From the IMG/VR virus record IMGVR_UViG_3300025723_000048, positions 1-55,867 of that record: DNA of 55,867 nucleotides; one strand, 5' to 3'. Below are positions 38,940 to 49,978 of this stretch, piece by piece. The position numbers were made by a program, and so were the translations under genes. This DNA comes from a virus (Duplodnaviria; Caudoviricetes). Every line of letters begins with the position of its first letter. Within the stretch, counting starts at the first letter, position 1. The notes under the pieces were generated by a model. That model saw only the letters and a list, made by a program, of their open reading frames with translations. It ran no database searches and had not been told where the DNA came from.

Positions 38940-39718
38940 TGATAAACCAAGAAAATCAAATACAGAAATACGTAAAGCTTTCAGAGATTGTCAATATGTA
39001 TATTGATGAAAGCAGAGGTACTACTAAGGACTTTAGAAGACTATGGGTACTTGCTTTCCGTGGTTTAACAGACCTTGGATTAGATGTAACATGGACTCCT
39101 AAGATAGACTTAATAAATGTTAACCCTAACTTGACTGTAGATTTACCTGATGATTACCTTGATTGGGTAAGAGTAGGTATATTTAATTCATTAGGTGAGT
39201 TAGCTACATTAAGAGTTAATGACCAACTTACTACATATAAAGACACTCATCCTAATAGGTTACAAGATATAGCTTCTTCTTTAGGTGCTGATATAAACTA
39301 TCTTCAATATCCTTATTGGTATGGCTATTGGGATGACCAGGGTTATGAACATTACTTTGGTGCGGGTTCAGGGTTAGTGCAAGCAGGGGAGTGTAAAGTA
39401 GATGCTCAGAATGGAGTTATAATATTGGACCCTCAATTTAATTACTCTCAAATAGTATTAGAGTATATTAGCAGCCCTGTAATGGATGATGATTATACTA
39501 TTGACTTCAAGGCTCAGGAAGCTTTAATAGCTTGGTTAAGATGGAAGGATATTCAGTCATTGCCTAGCACAAGACTTGTTAATATTAGTGAAAAAACTAT
39601 TAGACAAAAAGAATATTACTCTCAAAAGAAATTAGCTAGAAAACGAATTAAACCATTCCGTTTACAAGTTGCTGAACAATATTTCCGTGAAGGAGAACGC
39701 TTAGCGGTTAAAGGATAA
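38939..39718 (+). CDS. Tail ring protein
   Basis: A.RGL..L..DV, LPDDY..WVRV, IVLEYIS. Confidence 0.7.
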   Translation: MINQENQIQKYVKLSEIVNMYIDESRGTTKDFRRLWVLAFRGLTDLGLDVTWTPKIDLINVNPNLTVDLPDDYLDWVRVGIFNSLGELATLRVNDQLTTYKDTHPNRLQDIASSLGADINYLQYPYWYGYWDDQGYEHYFGAGSGLVQAGECKVDAQNGVIILDPQFNYSQIVLEYISSPVMDDDYTIDFKAQEALIAWLRWKDIQSLPSTRLVNISEKTIRQKEYYSQKKLARKRIKPFRLQVAEQYFREGERLAVKG

Positions 39719-39721
39719 TAT

Positions 39722-42700
39722 ATGCCAATAGAGAATAAGATATTTAACGGTATAATGAATTATGATGACCCTAATGATGCTTTACCTGCAAGGCATCATA
39801 GGACATCTAGTAATGCGATATTCAGGGGTAACCCTGGTAATACAAGAATGGAATCTACATTAGGTAACAGACTTGTAACTAATTCATATTTACCATCGGG
39901 TGTAAACCAAACTATAGGTACATTTTATGATTCATTAAATAATCGTGTATTTATATTTAATTATAATAGTTTAGGTCATAATGGTATATATGTTTTTAAT
40001 ACTCAAACAGAAACATTCCAAACCTTAATTCAATGCGGAGCAAACACAGATGGTGATATATTAGGGTTTAATTTAACTACACCTATTGATTCCATAAATT
40101 TAATATACGGTGATAATACTGATGGAGATTTATTATCTTTTGTAGACTCTTTAAAAAGACCAACAAAATTAAATGTAGAAAGATACTTAGCTAACACATA
40201 TAGCTTTGTTAAAAGAAGTTATATAGATGTTGCGAAGATGCCTCCATCTAATCCAATTAAATCTGTTTACGCTTGTGATACAACTTATACAGGTAATAAT
40301 TTAAAGAATGGTTTGTTTCAATTTATATACAGATTTGTATATGATGATAACGAAACAAGTGTTTGGAGTACAGGTAGTAAAACGGCTTTGCCTTTTTTAC
40401 CTAACAATGATGGTACTGCCGGCAATGCTAAGTTTTTAAATAATAACATTAAAATGTACTTTGATACAGGAGATGTTAATGTTAAAAAAATAGAAGTTGC
40501 TTTTAGACAAACAAGAGAAGGTGCTACAAGTCTATATAGTTTAATACAATCTTTTGATAAGACTTTATTAAGTATCCCTAATAACGATTTATGGGAGTTT
40601 AATTTTTATAATGATGGAGTTTATATACCTGTATTAGAAACAGAACAAATACTTTTATTTGACTATGTTCCATTAAAAGCTAATACTCAGGAGTTATTAA
40701 ATGGTTCAGTTCTTATATACGGTGGTATTACAGAAGGGTATGCTAACGTTCCTGTAACTGCTTCTATTTCTCAGTCTACTACAACTGATAATATAAATTC
40801 AAGAAATGGATTATTATTTTTTGCCGAAAGCATAAGTAGTAATTCTATAAAGATAGTTTTAGATGGTACAATAGGTTCAAGTGCCGGTACTTTGGCAGCA
40901 CTACCTAATACTACTTTTAATGTTTATGCAAGGACATTATCTAATACAGATATGTCTTTTTATTATACTGAATCAACTCAGGGTATATCTTCTGCTATTG
41001 CAGGTTTATCAGCAGCAGCTATTGCAGCAGGGTATACAGTTACTACATCAACAAATTCATTAATAATAACACATAGTAATATTGTACTTTGTGGGACAAT
41101 ATACAGATATAATTATTCTACTATAGCTAATCCTAATTGGGATGTTTTATATACATTATATGCAAACTCTTCTTATCAATATGGTATTGTTTATTACGAT
41201 GCAGATGGTAAGACAAATGGAGTAAATACATCAACAGGATTAAAACTTACTACTCAGGTAGGTGGAGCTTTTGAACCTGAGACACAAATATTAACTAAAA
41301 GAACTTTAACAATAAATAATACTCCCCCATCATGGGCTGCTTATTATCAAGTAGTAAGGACAAGTAACCTAAACTATGGTGATAAGGCTTTGTATTGGGT
41401 ATCTAGTGGTTCTTTTTCTGATAAAGATGTATCAGTTGCTCCTCCTATAGGACAGCAGTATTCTTATTTAAGAATAGATAATATATACGATTACAATTTA
41501 CAAATAAAGGCTACTGAGGGGGTTGTAGGTTATACTTTTACTACAGGAGATAGAGTTAGATTTATTAAGAGATTTAATGCACTTGGAGTACAGGCAAATG
41601 ATTATTCAGGAATGAATCTTGATTATGAAATATTAAGTGTAGATACTAACCCTGTAATGAATGGTATAGCCAAGGATGGTGCGTATATTAAAATATATTA
41701 TCCTACTAATGACATTAGTTCTACGTTTGCTTTTGATGGCACACCTGACTTTCAGAACTATGAAATATTCATATATAATAAGGCTAGTGTAATATCTACA
41801 AGTCAACAGACTTATTTTGAGATAGGAGAGAAATATGATATTTCAAATGGTTTACATTTAGGAAACATTCAAAGTCAAACAGGGTCTCAACCGGCAATAA
41901 TTGATTTCCAGGATGGAGATGTGTTTTATAGAAACAGAAATGTAGTTATAAGTCCTAGTTATCAGATAAATGCAGTAGGTATAAGTAATTATAGTAACTC
42001 TTATGTTACATATCAAATAGGTGATTCAAGTCAAGATATAACTACTACAAATTATAATATAGGACACTCTATAAACACTACTGCTTCACTAGCTTATGGT
42101 GTATACCCTCAATTTAGTGACCCGAATTATAATTATTGGAACAAATCTTCCGTTGATTATAATGTAAGATTTAAGTTTTCATTTGAAATACATAGCAGCA
42201 ATTCAGAGTTAACTACCTCTATTAGTGCTTATATAAAAACGTATAACGCATCTAATGCTTCATATGTTAAAATATTAAATCCTCAACAAGTAAATGTTAT
42301 TAATGTTGAGTATCCTATAAACATAGATGCTATTGTAAAAGTACCTGCCGGATATAAGGCAATGTTAATTTTTACAAATGATTCTAATGTTATTGATTTA
42401 CACTCAGGTGCATTTACAATGACTGTAACACCTTTGAATACTATTAACATAGAAATAGATGATGCTTCTTTTAGTGATGTTTACAATGTTAAAACTAATT
42501 CAAATTCTAGGCCTTTAGTTGTAGATATAAATGCTAAACAATCTTATTTCCCAACAACTGTAAGATATTCTCAATCATATCAACAAGGAACAAGTATCAA
42601 TGGAACTAATAGATTTTATTTCTTAGACTCAGATGATTACGATAGAAAGTTTGGAGATATAATGAGAATGAGGCTGCATAACAAGGACCTTAGGATATTT

Positions 42701-43600
42701 CAATTTAAAAAATGTGGAGTTGTTCCTGTTTTCTCGGTTGAAACATTAAATCAGGATGGTACTAATAACTTAGTGGCTTCTTCTAAAATAATAAACCCTA
42801 TTAGGTATTATGAAGGAGATTTTGGTATAGGCAATCAACCTTCTAGTCTGTGCACATCAGGTTATGCTGATTATTTTTGCGACCCTGTTAAAGGGTATTT
42901 ATTAAGATTATCACAGGATGGCTTAACACCTATAAGTCAAACTTATAAAATGCAGACTTTTACAGGTAATAATTTAACTAATTATCTTAGTAATCACGCA
43001 TATGCAACAGGTGGGTACTCTAAAGTGTTAGGTGTATTCCATTTTTCTAAAGATAGAAGTGGTGAATATATATCTATGCTTCAAGGTTCTACCGACTTGA
43101 CTCCTTATACTTTAAGTTTTGATGAACAAAAGAACTGCTTTACTACTTTTTATGACTTCCATCCTGATTGGGCAGTATGTTATGAGAACGTATTAGCTAC
43201 ATTTAAAGGGGGGAATATATACATTCATGATAGTAATACCTGCAATAATTTCTACGGAACGCAATACAATACATCTATATCATTAGTTTTCAATGAACAG
43301 AATATAGTTAAGAAGACATTTAATTTTATAACAATGGATTCTTCTGATATTTATATTGCTCCTTCTATAACTACAGTGCTAGGTCAGTCTAGTAACTTAG
43401 TTGCAGATGATTATGAGCTTCAAGAAGGGTTGTATAGTGCAGCCTTTATGAGAGATGCAAATAGCCTTGGAGGAATTATTAATGGAGACTATTTAAAAGG
43501 TACTTGGATTCAGGTAACTTTGCAACAAGTTAATGCAAGTAATTTTGTATATTTGTCAGGATTATATTTGGGTTACCAGGTAAGTCCCCGTAATTATTAA
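39722..43600 (+). CDS. Tail nozzle/muzzle (stabilisation) protein
   Basis: 1292 aa, beta-propeller-like; F.G.MN.D, VP.KA..QE....L.YG...EGY, YFCD...G...RLS.DGLTPIS. Confidence 0.8.
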   Translation: MPIENKIFNGIMNYDDPNDALPARHHRTSSNAIFRGNPGNTRMESTLGNRLVTNSYLPSGVNQTIGTFYDSLNNRVFIFNYNSLGHNGIYVFNTQTETFQTLIQCGANTDGDILGFNLTTPIDSINLIYGDNTDGDLLSFVDSLKRPTKLNVERYLANTYSFVKRSYIDVAKMPPSNPIKSVYACDTTYTGNNLKNGLFQFIYRFVYDDNETSVWSTGSKTALPFLPNNDGTAGNAKFLNNNIKMYFDTGDVNVKKIEVAFRQTREGATSLYSLIQSFDKTLLSIPNNDLWEFNFYNDGVYIPVLETEQILLFDYVPLKANTQELLNGSVLIYGGITEGYANVPVTASISQSTTTDNINSRNGLLFFAESISSNSIKIVLDGTIGSSAGTLAALPNTTFNVYARTLSNTDMSFYYTESTQGISSAIAGLSAAAIAAGYTVTTSTNSLIITHSNIVLCGTIYRYNYSTIANPNWDVLYTLYANSSYQYGIVYYDADGKTNGVNTSTGLKLTTQVGGAFEPETQILTKRTLTINNTPPSWAAYYQVVRTSNLNYGDKALYWVSSGSFSDKDVSVAPPIGQQYSYLRIDNIYDYNLQIKATEGVVGYTFTTGDRVRFIKRFNALGVQANDYSGMNLDYEILSVDTNPVMNGIAKDGAYIKIYYPTNDISSTFAFDGTPDFQNYEIFIYNKASVISTSQQTYFEIGEKYDISNGLHLGNIQSQTGSQPAIIDFQDGDVFYRNRNVVISPSYQINAVGISNYSNSYVTYQIGDSSQDITTTNYNIGHSINTTASLAYGVYPQFSDPNYNYWNKSSVDYNVRFKFSFEIHSSNSELTTSISAYIKTYNASNASYVKILNPQQVNVINVEYPINIDAIVKVPAGYKAMLIFTNDSNVIDLHSGAFTMTVTPLNTINIEIDDASFSDVYNVKTNSNSRPLVVDINAKQSYFPTTVRYSQSYQQGTSINGTNRFYFLDSDDYDRKFGDIMRMRLHNKDLRIFQFKKCGVVPVFSVETLNQDGTNNLVASSKIINPIRYYEGDFGIGNQPSSLCTSGYADYFCDPVKGYLLRLSQDGLTPISQTYKMQTFTGNNLTNYLSNHAYATGGYSKVLGVFHFSKDRSGEYISMLQGSTDLTPYTLSFDEQKNCFTTFYDFHPDWAVCYENVLATFKGGNIYIHDSNTCNNFYGTQYNTSISLVFNEQNIVKKTFNFITMDSSDIYIAPSITTVLGQSSNLVADDYELQEGLYSAAFMRDANSLGGIINGDYLKGTWIQVTLQQVNASNFVYLSGLYLGYQVSPRNY

Positions 43601-43611
43601 AATATTTTTAT

Positions 43612-44244
43612 ATGTTACCAATAGGTTTATTAGCAGGTGGAGTACAAGCAGCTATGGGGATAGGTCAAGCTATCGGTGGTGCTATAGGTATGAGAAAAAA
43701 GAAAAGAGAAGCTGATGCTGCAATAGAGGGAATACAAACATACAAAGGTTCAAAAGAAATAGGTGGTATATATGAAGGTGCTAAATTAAGGTCTACAACA
43801 GGTCTTAGTGGTGCTGCTAAGCAAATGGCTACACAAGGTGCTCAACAAGCAGGAGCAACCGCTTTAGCAGGAGCACAGTCTAGAAAGGCAGGATTAGGAA
43901 TGATTGGTTTAGTTCAAGCTCAATCAAATAAAGCAGCTTTAGGTTTAGCTAGTCAAGAAGAATCTGCTAGAAGACAGAATGAACAATCTTTGACAAGAGC
44001 AGCACAAATGCAGGCTAGTGAAAAAGAAAAAGAATTTAAGAGTTCACAAGAGAAACAACAATTAAAGGCTAATATGGCTATGCAGGAATTGGCTAAAAAA
44101 AGAAGTCAAGTATCTCAGGGCTTATCAGCAATTGGTCAAGGGCTTGGTACTATGGCTAGTACAGGTAGTTATGGCTCAGGGATGTTTAATGTTGGTAAAA
44201 AGAAAAAAGCTCCTGAATCTACGGTAGCACTTCCTGAAGATTAA
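43612..44244 (+). CDS. Small ejection (DNA pilot) protein
   Basis: Gly/Ala-rich hydrophobic N-terminus plus coiled coil, after the nozzle gene. Confidence 0.7.
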   Translation: MLPIGLLAGGVQAAMGIGQAIGGAIGMRKKKREADAAIEGIQTYKGSKEIGGIYEGAKLRSTTGLSGAAKQMATQGAQQAGATALAGAQSRKAGLGMIGLVQAQSNKAALGLASQEESARRQNEQSLTRAAQMQASEKEKEFKSSQEKQQLKANMAMQELAKKRSQVSQGLSAIGQGLGTMASTGSYGSGMFNVGKKKKAPESTVALPED

Positions 44245-44289
44245 TGTAACATAGTTTTTAATTATGTTAATAAATAATAAATAAAACAT

Positions 44290-45669
44290 ATGGCATTAGG
44301 AATATCTGAACGTGCAATAAAAGAAGCTTATGGTCCTGTAGATTGGAGTGGCTTTTATAAGGGAATAAACGAAGGTGTAAGAAGAGCTCAGGCAGAAGAT
44401 AAAGCAAAAAAACAAGCTGCACAAAAAGAATACTTTACTACATCTGCTGTATTAAGTAAAGATATGGCAGGAATCAGAGATGCAGATAACTCTGAAATAA
44501 TGGGACATTATAATAATTGGAAGGTAGCTTCTCAAAAATTAATGTCTAATCCTAATCTTATAGAATCAAATCCCGAAGAATATGGTAAGCTATCTGCTCA
44601 GGCTAATGAGTCTTATGCTAAGGCTATGCAGACGATAGAGGCAAGTAAAGTTAAAAAGAAAGACCATGAAGCTATTGCAAAACATATGTTAGACCATCCT
44701 GATGACTATGAAGATGGTGCAAGAGATAATTTTATTAAAGTTACAAGGCAGCCTGTATCAAAATTAATAGAAAACAATGATGATGATATTGAAAAGTATA
44801 AATATAGTGGACCTAACGCTAATAAATATTTTTCACAGATAACTGATATATATTCAAAAGGTGTTACTAACGCTAGAATTATTAAATACAAAGATGATAA
44901 AGAAGGTGTAGTTATTGGAACGGAAGTTCAAATACCTGATATAATGAAAATACAAAATGGGGTATCTAATCTTCTTGACTCTTGGGGTAGCCGTAAAGAG
45001 AAAGCTGCTAAATCAATACTAAATAATTCTCAACAAGAATATTCTACAGTTGCTCAAAATTGGGATAATTTAGATGATAAATATTTTGAACAATTTAAAG
45101 ACAGTAACAATAAAGATATGTTTCCTGAATATCAATCTCCTATAACAGGTAAGATGACAAGGAAGCCTGATTTAATATTCAACTCTCCATACGCATCTGT
45201 TAATTTAAGTTCATATCTACAAGCTAAAGGTGTAATGGGAATGCAGCCAAAAGAAGGTAAACCTATAGAAGATTTTGGTGCAAGTGGTGGAAGTATAAAA
45301 AAGAAACAATTACTTGGAGAAGTTGCTTTATCATTTAGTAAAAGACTTGCTGACTATAAATTAAAAAATGATTTATATAAACAGAAGACAGGTTATTCTA
45401 TGAAGAATGACATAATGATGAATGATAGAGAATTGGAAAATGAATATAAATTAATAACAAGTTTAGTAGGTAAAGAAGAAGCTAGGAATATTGGTGATTA
45501 CCAAAATTTGACACCTGATAAGATTGCAGAACTTGATTCTAAAATAAAATCAATTAGAGAGAAGTTTGGGTTTTCAGCTAGTCAGAGAGCAGCTAAAGAA
45601 CAAAAGCCAAAAGAAGAGACAGATAAAACAAAGCCGACAGTAAAGCCATCGGGTTTAAAATGGCATTAA
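44290..45669 (+). CDS. Internal virion / ejection protein
   Basis: Helical, charged; typical position in podoviruses. Confidence 0.6.
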   Translation: MALGISERAIKEAYGPVDWSGFYKGINEGVRRAQAEDKAKKQAAQKEYFTTSAVLSKDMAGIRDADNSEIMGHYNNWKVASQKLMSNPNLIESNPEEYGKLSAQANESYAKAMQTIEASKVKKKDHEAIAKHMLDHPDDYEDGARDNFIKVTRQPVSKLIENNDDDIEKYKYSGPNANKYFSQITDIYSKGVTNARIIKYKDDKEGVVIGTEVQIPDIMKIQNGVSNLLDSWGSRKEKAAKSILNNSQQEYSTVAQNWDNLDDKYFEQFKDSNNKDMFPEYQSPITGKMTRKPDLIFNSPYASVNLSSYLQAKGVMGMQPKEGKPIEDFGASGGSIKKKQLLGEVALSFSKRLADYKLKNDLYKQKTGYSMKNDIMMNDRELENEYKLITSLVGKEEARNIGDYQNLTPDKIAELDSKIKSIREKFGFSASQRAAKEQKPKEETDKTKPTVKPSGLKWH

Positions 45670-45683
45670 AATAGTTTTAAATA

Positions 45684-48323
45684 ATGGCAGAAGAAATTAT
45701 AGATAATCAACAACAGCCTGGTGATAATTTAAGTAAATATTATAATTACTTGAAATCAGCAGGTGCTGATGTTCCTAATACTGTCGAATCTTTTAAAAGC
45801 ACATTATCAAATAAGGATAATGGTTCTAAGTATTTTAAATATTTAAAAGATAATAAATTTGATACTCCTGATACATACGAATCTTTTAATAGCACCTTAG
45901 GTATAGGACAAGAACCTGTTAAAGAAAAAAAGACTGCAGACTTAAAATCTATTTTATCAATACCTTCAACTAGGGATTCTTCCGAAAGCACAGGTACTAA
46001 GGTATCAGGTATGCCTGTAGGACAGAAGCCTACTAAAGAAGAAAAGAAAGCTCCTGTAGATTTAAAAGCTATACTTTCAATTCCTTCAACTAGAGCAGTA
46101 GGTGAAAGCACTAAAGGGAAAGATTTTCAATTAGAAATAGAAAAGAAACAAGGTGTAGCAGAAGCTCCAAAAAGACAGAAAGAAAAAGAAGAAAAAATAA
46201 AGCAAGCCAAAATAATTGGCTTAAAAAATACGACTAAACGTGCACTTGAAAATGATGGTTTTGCAGAAGGTGAAACCGGATATATGGAAGGTGATGCGAA
46301 TTGGAAAGAACATGAAAAGAAAATATTAGACGGTATACAAGATGGAACTGTAGCTTTAACTACAGACAAACAAGGCAATCCTTATTACGTTCCTGCATAT
46401 GGTCCTGTTAAAAGTTTAGTTGAAGCAGTTAAAAAATCATTCAACGATGAGAAAGACTCTTATAAATTTTGGGGTGGGTCAGATGAAGAAAAGGTAAACT
46501 TTGCAGATAATTTATTAAAAGATAATAAAGTCCCTTCGGGTGTTGCTGTTGGATGGGAAGCAGGTTTAGGAGAGTTTGCAGGTGGAGCTGCCGAAGATGT
46601 TACCAAAGGTGTTGTAGGTGGTTTGGTAGGTACTGCTTTAGGTGCTGAAACAGGCCCATTTGCAGTATTGTCGGGAGCTGCAGGAGCTTTTTTAGCTATG
46701 GCTCCGGGTTCTTATACTAAAGGATATACTTCTGAAATAATAAAAAGATATAAACAATCATTAGATAGTATAACTAAAGATGGAAAGGATGCAACTAAGG
46801 AACAGAAATTAGCTGCTATGAGACAAGCCTTACCTCAGGGTAGATGGGCAGGAGGTGTTGAACTTGTTAAGACAGGTGCTTTATCTTTTATACCTGGTGG
46901 TGGTAAAGCAGCAAGTGAAGGTTTTGGAGCATTACTTAAGAACTATGCTTCTCATACTGCAAAAGATGTTATTGTTCAGGGTGCACTTTCTTCCACAGGT
47001 GAAGCTGTAAAAGATATTGCAGCTAGTGCAAACGGATATAATGTAAGCACGGCTAAGACTTTTGAGGATGCTCTTAATGCAGGTTCAGAAGGTATGAAGA
47101 CAGCTCTTGCTTTTAGCATTGCCCATGGTGCAATAAATGTTCCTAAGTACGTTAAAGCAGGTGCATTAGATTATTTATCTACTATTAAAAAATCAGAGCT
47201 TATTTCTTTTTCTAGAGCACAGGAAGCTAATGGTAAAGCACCTGTAGGCACTACTGAAAAACTTGTAGCTGATTTAGATAAATATAATAATGCTAAATCA
47301 AAAGTACCAAGTATAATACCTGAGAATAAGATGGCCACATTTGCCGGCCATGTAATGAAGAAAAATAAATTACAAGAAGAAAAATTAAAGTCTGACCCTT
47401 CTTTTCATGAAGAGTACGATAAGAGGATAGCAGCAGTTGATAAGAAGATTAAAAGTCTTGTTAGTAAAGATAATGTAGTTGCAGAAGAATCTGATGATGT
47501 TACAGGTGCTAAGGGGGAAGGTGTTCCTATGACTCCTGAGCATGAAAAATTTGTATCAGATAGTATAGATGTTTTAGGTAAGAACTTAGAAGAGTTAAAA
47601 CAAAAAGAAGGCATTGTAGATACAAAAGAATATCAAGAAGCTCAGCAGAAGAAAGATTTAGAGCACGCTAAGACTTTTGGTTTTGATAACCAATATGAAG
47701 CTTTAAATAGTGTAGAGAAAAGAACAGGTGTTAAGTATGATAAATATGAAGACATACCTGAGGATGTATTAAAAACCACTTCGGAAGAAAGAGGTGCTGA
47801 AAAACAAGCTCAAAAAGAAAAGGATAACTTTTTAAATAAAGCTGCTGATTTACATGAAATTAATACCTTTGACAAAACAGATGATTCTAAAGAGCAATTA
47901 GATAATCATTTAGGTTTTGATATAAATAAAGATGAAGAACATTCTGATGAGCAGAAACAAACAAAGCAAGACATATTAGATAAGGTAGCTCAAAGAGAAA
48001 ATGATTATAAGATTTCTAAGGAAGAGGAAGCTGCTCATAACAATGCAGATGAAGATACGGCTACAGAAAAACTTAATCAAACTGAACAGCAATATGACCA
48101 AGATAGAAATAGAACAAAGACTGGAGAACCTGCCTCCGAAATACCGGAAGATGTATTACCAAAGTCTACTCCACAACCCGACAGACCAAGTGCCTTCTCA
48201 GCAACCTTCGAGCAAGCAGGATTCAGAGATGAAGAATCCGCTAGAGCAGCTTTTAAGCGAGAGCAAGACAACGGAACAGGACACACCTATGAAGAGTTCC
48301 TTCATGAGAAGTATTGTGGATAA
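45684..48323 (+). CDS. Large internal virion / ejection protein
   Basis: Central Gly/Ala-rich hydrophobic hairpin, internal duplication DLK.ILSIPSTR...EST, acidic tail. Confidence 0.65.
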   Translation: MAEEIIDNQQQPGDNLSKYYNYLKSAGADVPNTVESFKSTLSNKDNGSKYFKYLKDNKFDTPDTYESFNSTLGIGQEPVKEKKTADLKSILSIPSTRDSSESTGTKVSGMPVGQKPTKEEKKAPVDLKAILSIPSTRAVGESTKGKDFQLEIEKKQGVAEAPKRQKEKEEKIKQAKIIGLKNTTKRALENDGFAEGETGYMEGDANWKEHEKKILDGIQDGTVALTTDKQGNPYYVPAYGPVKSLVEAVKKSFNDEKDSYKFWGGSDEEKVNFADNLLKDNKVPSGVAVGWEAGLGEFAGGAAEDVTKGVVGGLVGTALGAETGPFAVLSGAAGAFLAMAPGSYTKGYTSEIIKRYKQSLDSITKDGKDATKEQKLAAMRQALPQGRWAGGVELVKTGALSFIPGGGKAASEGFGALLKNYASHTAKDVIVQGALSSTGEAVKDIAASANGYNVSTAKTFEDALNAGSEGMKTALAFSIAHGAINVPKYVKAGALDYLSTIKKSELISFSRAQEANGKAPVGTTEKLVADLDKYNNAKSKVPSIIPENKMATFAGHVMKKNKLQEEKLKSDPSFHEEYDKRIAAVDKKIKSLVSKDNVVAEESDDVTGAKGEGVPMTPEHEKFVSDSIDVLGKNLEELKQKEGIVDTKEYQEAQQKKDLEHAKTFGFDNQYEALNSVEKRTGVKYDKYEDIPEDVLKTTSEERGAEKQAQKEKDNFLNKAADLHEINTFDKTDDSKEQLDNHLGFDINKDEEHSDEQKQTKQDILDKVAQRENDYKISKEEEAAHNNADEDTATEKLNQTEQQYDQDRNRTKTGEPASEIPEDVLPKSTPQPDRPSAFSATFEQAGFRDEESARAAFKREQDNGTGHTYEEFLHEKYCG

Positions 48324-48372
48324 GGCTAGAAATACATTTAAAATTAAAAGAAATAAAAAGTAAATTTGTTTC

Positions 48373-49677
48373 ATGAAAAATATAAAAGATATAGGCTCTT
48401 CAAAAGATAAGACATTATTGATATGTGATAACGGTTTGTTCTTTGATTTTGCTTTAAAGTTAGCTGAACATTTTAAGAAAGTATATTACTATACCGAGTG
48501 GAAGAATGCTTACCCAGGGATGGCCGAAGCAGTAGTTGGTACAGAATGGAAGAACGGTAAGAAGCTTAAAACTTTTGACGGAAAGAATATTGAGAGAATA
48601 GAGAATATGTTTTCTGTTATAGATGAGGTTGATTGTTTCTTTACTCCCGATATTTATGATGGTGATTTATTAGAGTTGTTTGAGCGTTCAGGTATACCTT
48701 GCTTTGGTTCAGGTAAAGCCGAGTGCTTGGAGTTGAATAGGTACGAGACTGCTCTAGAAATGAAATCTATAGGTATGGATGTTGCTAGAACTGTTAACGT
48801 AGTAGGTATGGCAGCTCTTAGAGATTTCCTTAGAAAGAATGAAAACAAGTATGTTAAAATTTCAAAATACAGAAAAACCTTTGAAACATTCCATCATATT
48901 AATTACCGCCTATCTGAACCGTTATTGGACAATATTGAGAACACACTCGGACCTCTTAAGTATATTGTTGAGTTTGTTGTAGTAGATAGTATTGATGCTA
49001 TTGTAGAAGAAGGGATTGATGCTTATGCAGTTGATGGAGCTTTACCTTCAAAAGTGTTTACAGGATGCGAAATAAAAGATGTGAGTTATGCCGGTAAACT
49101 TGTAAATTTGTCAGACTTATCAGAAGGTAACACAAAGGTTAATGAGAAGTTTGTTAAGCTGCTAAAGAAATACGACCACAATGGTTTCTTTTCTACAGAA
49201 GTAAGAACAACTAAAGAAGGTAAACATTATTTTATTGACCCTTGTATGAGGCTTGGATTACCTCCAAACGCTTTATATCAAGAAATATATAATAACCTTG
49301 GTGATATTATTTGGAGTGGTGCTAATAATGTTCTTGTTGACCCTAGTACAGACAATCCTTATGGTATTGAAATATTGATAAGTAGTGGATGGCATAGTGG
49401 TAATCATCAGACAGTTTATTTTCCACCTGAAATTAGACAGTGGGTTAAATTGATTAACCCTATTAAGATTGATGGTACTTACCATGTATTAAGATTAGGA
49501 GATTCATCTACAATAGGAAGTTTAGTAGCAGTAGGTAAGAGCCATGAAGAGTGTGCTAAAAAAATTGAGAAGATGGCCAAGCTAATAGAAGGATATGATT
49601 TGAATATTAAGACAGAGGGTATAGGGGAAGCTATTGAAGCATTTAAACAAATGGAAAAATTAAGTAAAAAAAAATAA
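48373..49677 (+). CDS. ATP-grasp ligase, PurD/GARS-like
   Basis: FGSG.A..LEL.R, YVKIS, E.G.D....DG, E.KD, GFFS.E.R, YFID...R.G.PP. Confidence 0.75.
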   Translation: MKNIKDIGSSKDKTLLICDNGLFFDFALKLAEHFKKVYYYTEWKNAYPGMAEAVVGTEWKNGKKLKTFDGKNIERIENMFSVIDEVDCFFTPDIYDGDLLELFERSGIPCFGSGKAECLELNRYETALEMKSIGMDVARTVNVVGMAALRDFLRKNENKYVKISKYRKTFETFHHINYRLSEPLLDNIENTLGPLKYIVEFVVVDSIDAIVEEGIDAYAVDGALPSKVFTGCEIKDVSYAGKLVNLSDLSEGNTKVNEKFVKLLKKYDHNGFFSTEVRTTKEGKHYFIDPCMRLGLPPNALYQEIYNNLGDIIWSGANNVLVDPSTDNPYGIEILISSGWHSGNHQTVYFPPEIRQWVKLINPIKIDGTYHVLRLGDSSTIGSLVAVGKSHEECAKKIEKMAKLIEGYDLNIKTEGIGEAIEAFKQMEKLSKKK

Positions 49678-49680
49678 ACT

Positions 49681-49824
49681 ATGGCAAAGATTAAAGTAAA
49701 GAAAAAAGAAGATATGCAGGAAAAGAAATTTGTAGGTGCTATGCAAAAGCAATGGAAATCTAGACCTGATGTAATAGAAAAGTATGGTAAAGTAGAAGTT
49801 AAAAAGACTGTTAAAAAACCATAA
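49681..49824 (+). CDS. 47-aa basic peptide (not in ORF track)
   Basis: MAKIKVKKKEDMQEKKFVG...KKTVKKP*. Confidence 0.6.
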   Translation: MAKIKVKKKEDMQEKKFVGAMQKQWKSRPDVIEKYGKVEVKKTVKKP

Positions 49825-49825
49825 C

Positions 49826-49972
49826 ATGCCTTTAGTAAAAGCTAAGTCAAAAAAGAAGGCTGATATTAATAAAGCGGTAAGCAAGAATATTAGCGAGTTA
49901 ACTCATCACGGTACAAAAAAACGTAGCCGTGAACAAATAATCGCAGCAGCCATTTCTGCTGCTAAAAGATAA
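49826..49972 (+). CDS. 48-aa basic peptide of a common phage family (not in ORF track)
   Basis: MPLVKAKSKK...VSKNISEL...EQIIAAAISAAKR*. Confidence 0.7.
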   Translation: MPLVKAKSKKKADINKAVSKNISELTHHGTKKRSREQIIAAAISAAKR

Positions 49973-49978
49973 TTACAT

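Noticed and set aside
44243-44272. dif-like XerCD site (TTATGTTAA arm)
   Set aside because: Left arm and spacer do not fit the 11-6-11 layout; more likely an AT-rich hairpin.
45746-48363. Overlapping or antisense ORFs (45746, 46127, 47405, 48001, 48077) and similar ones elsewhere
   Set aside because: Lie within long well-supported genes and lack start context or motifs.
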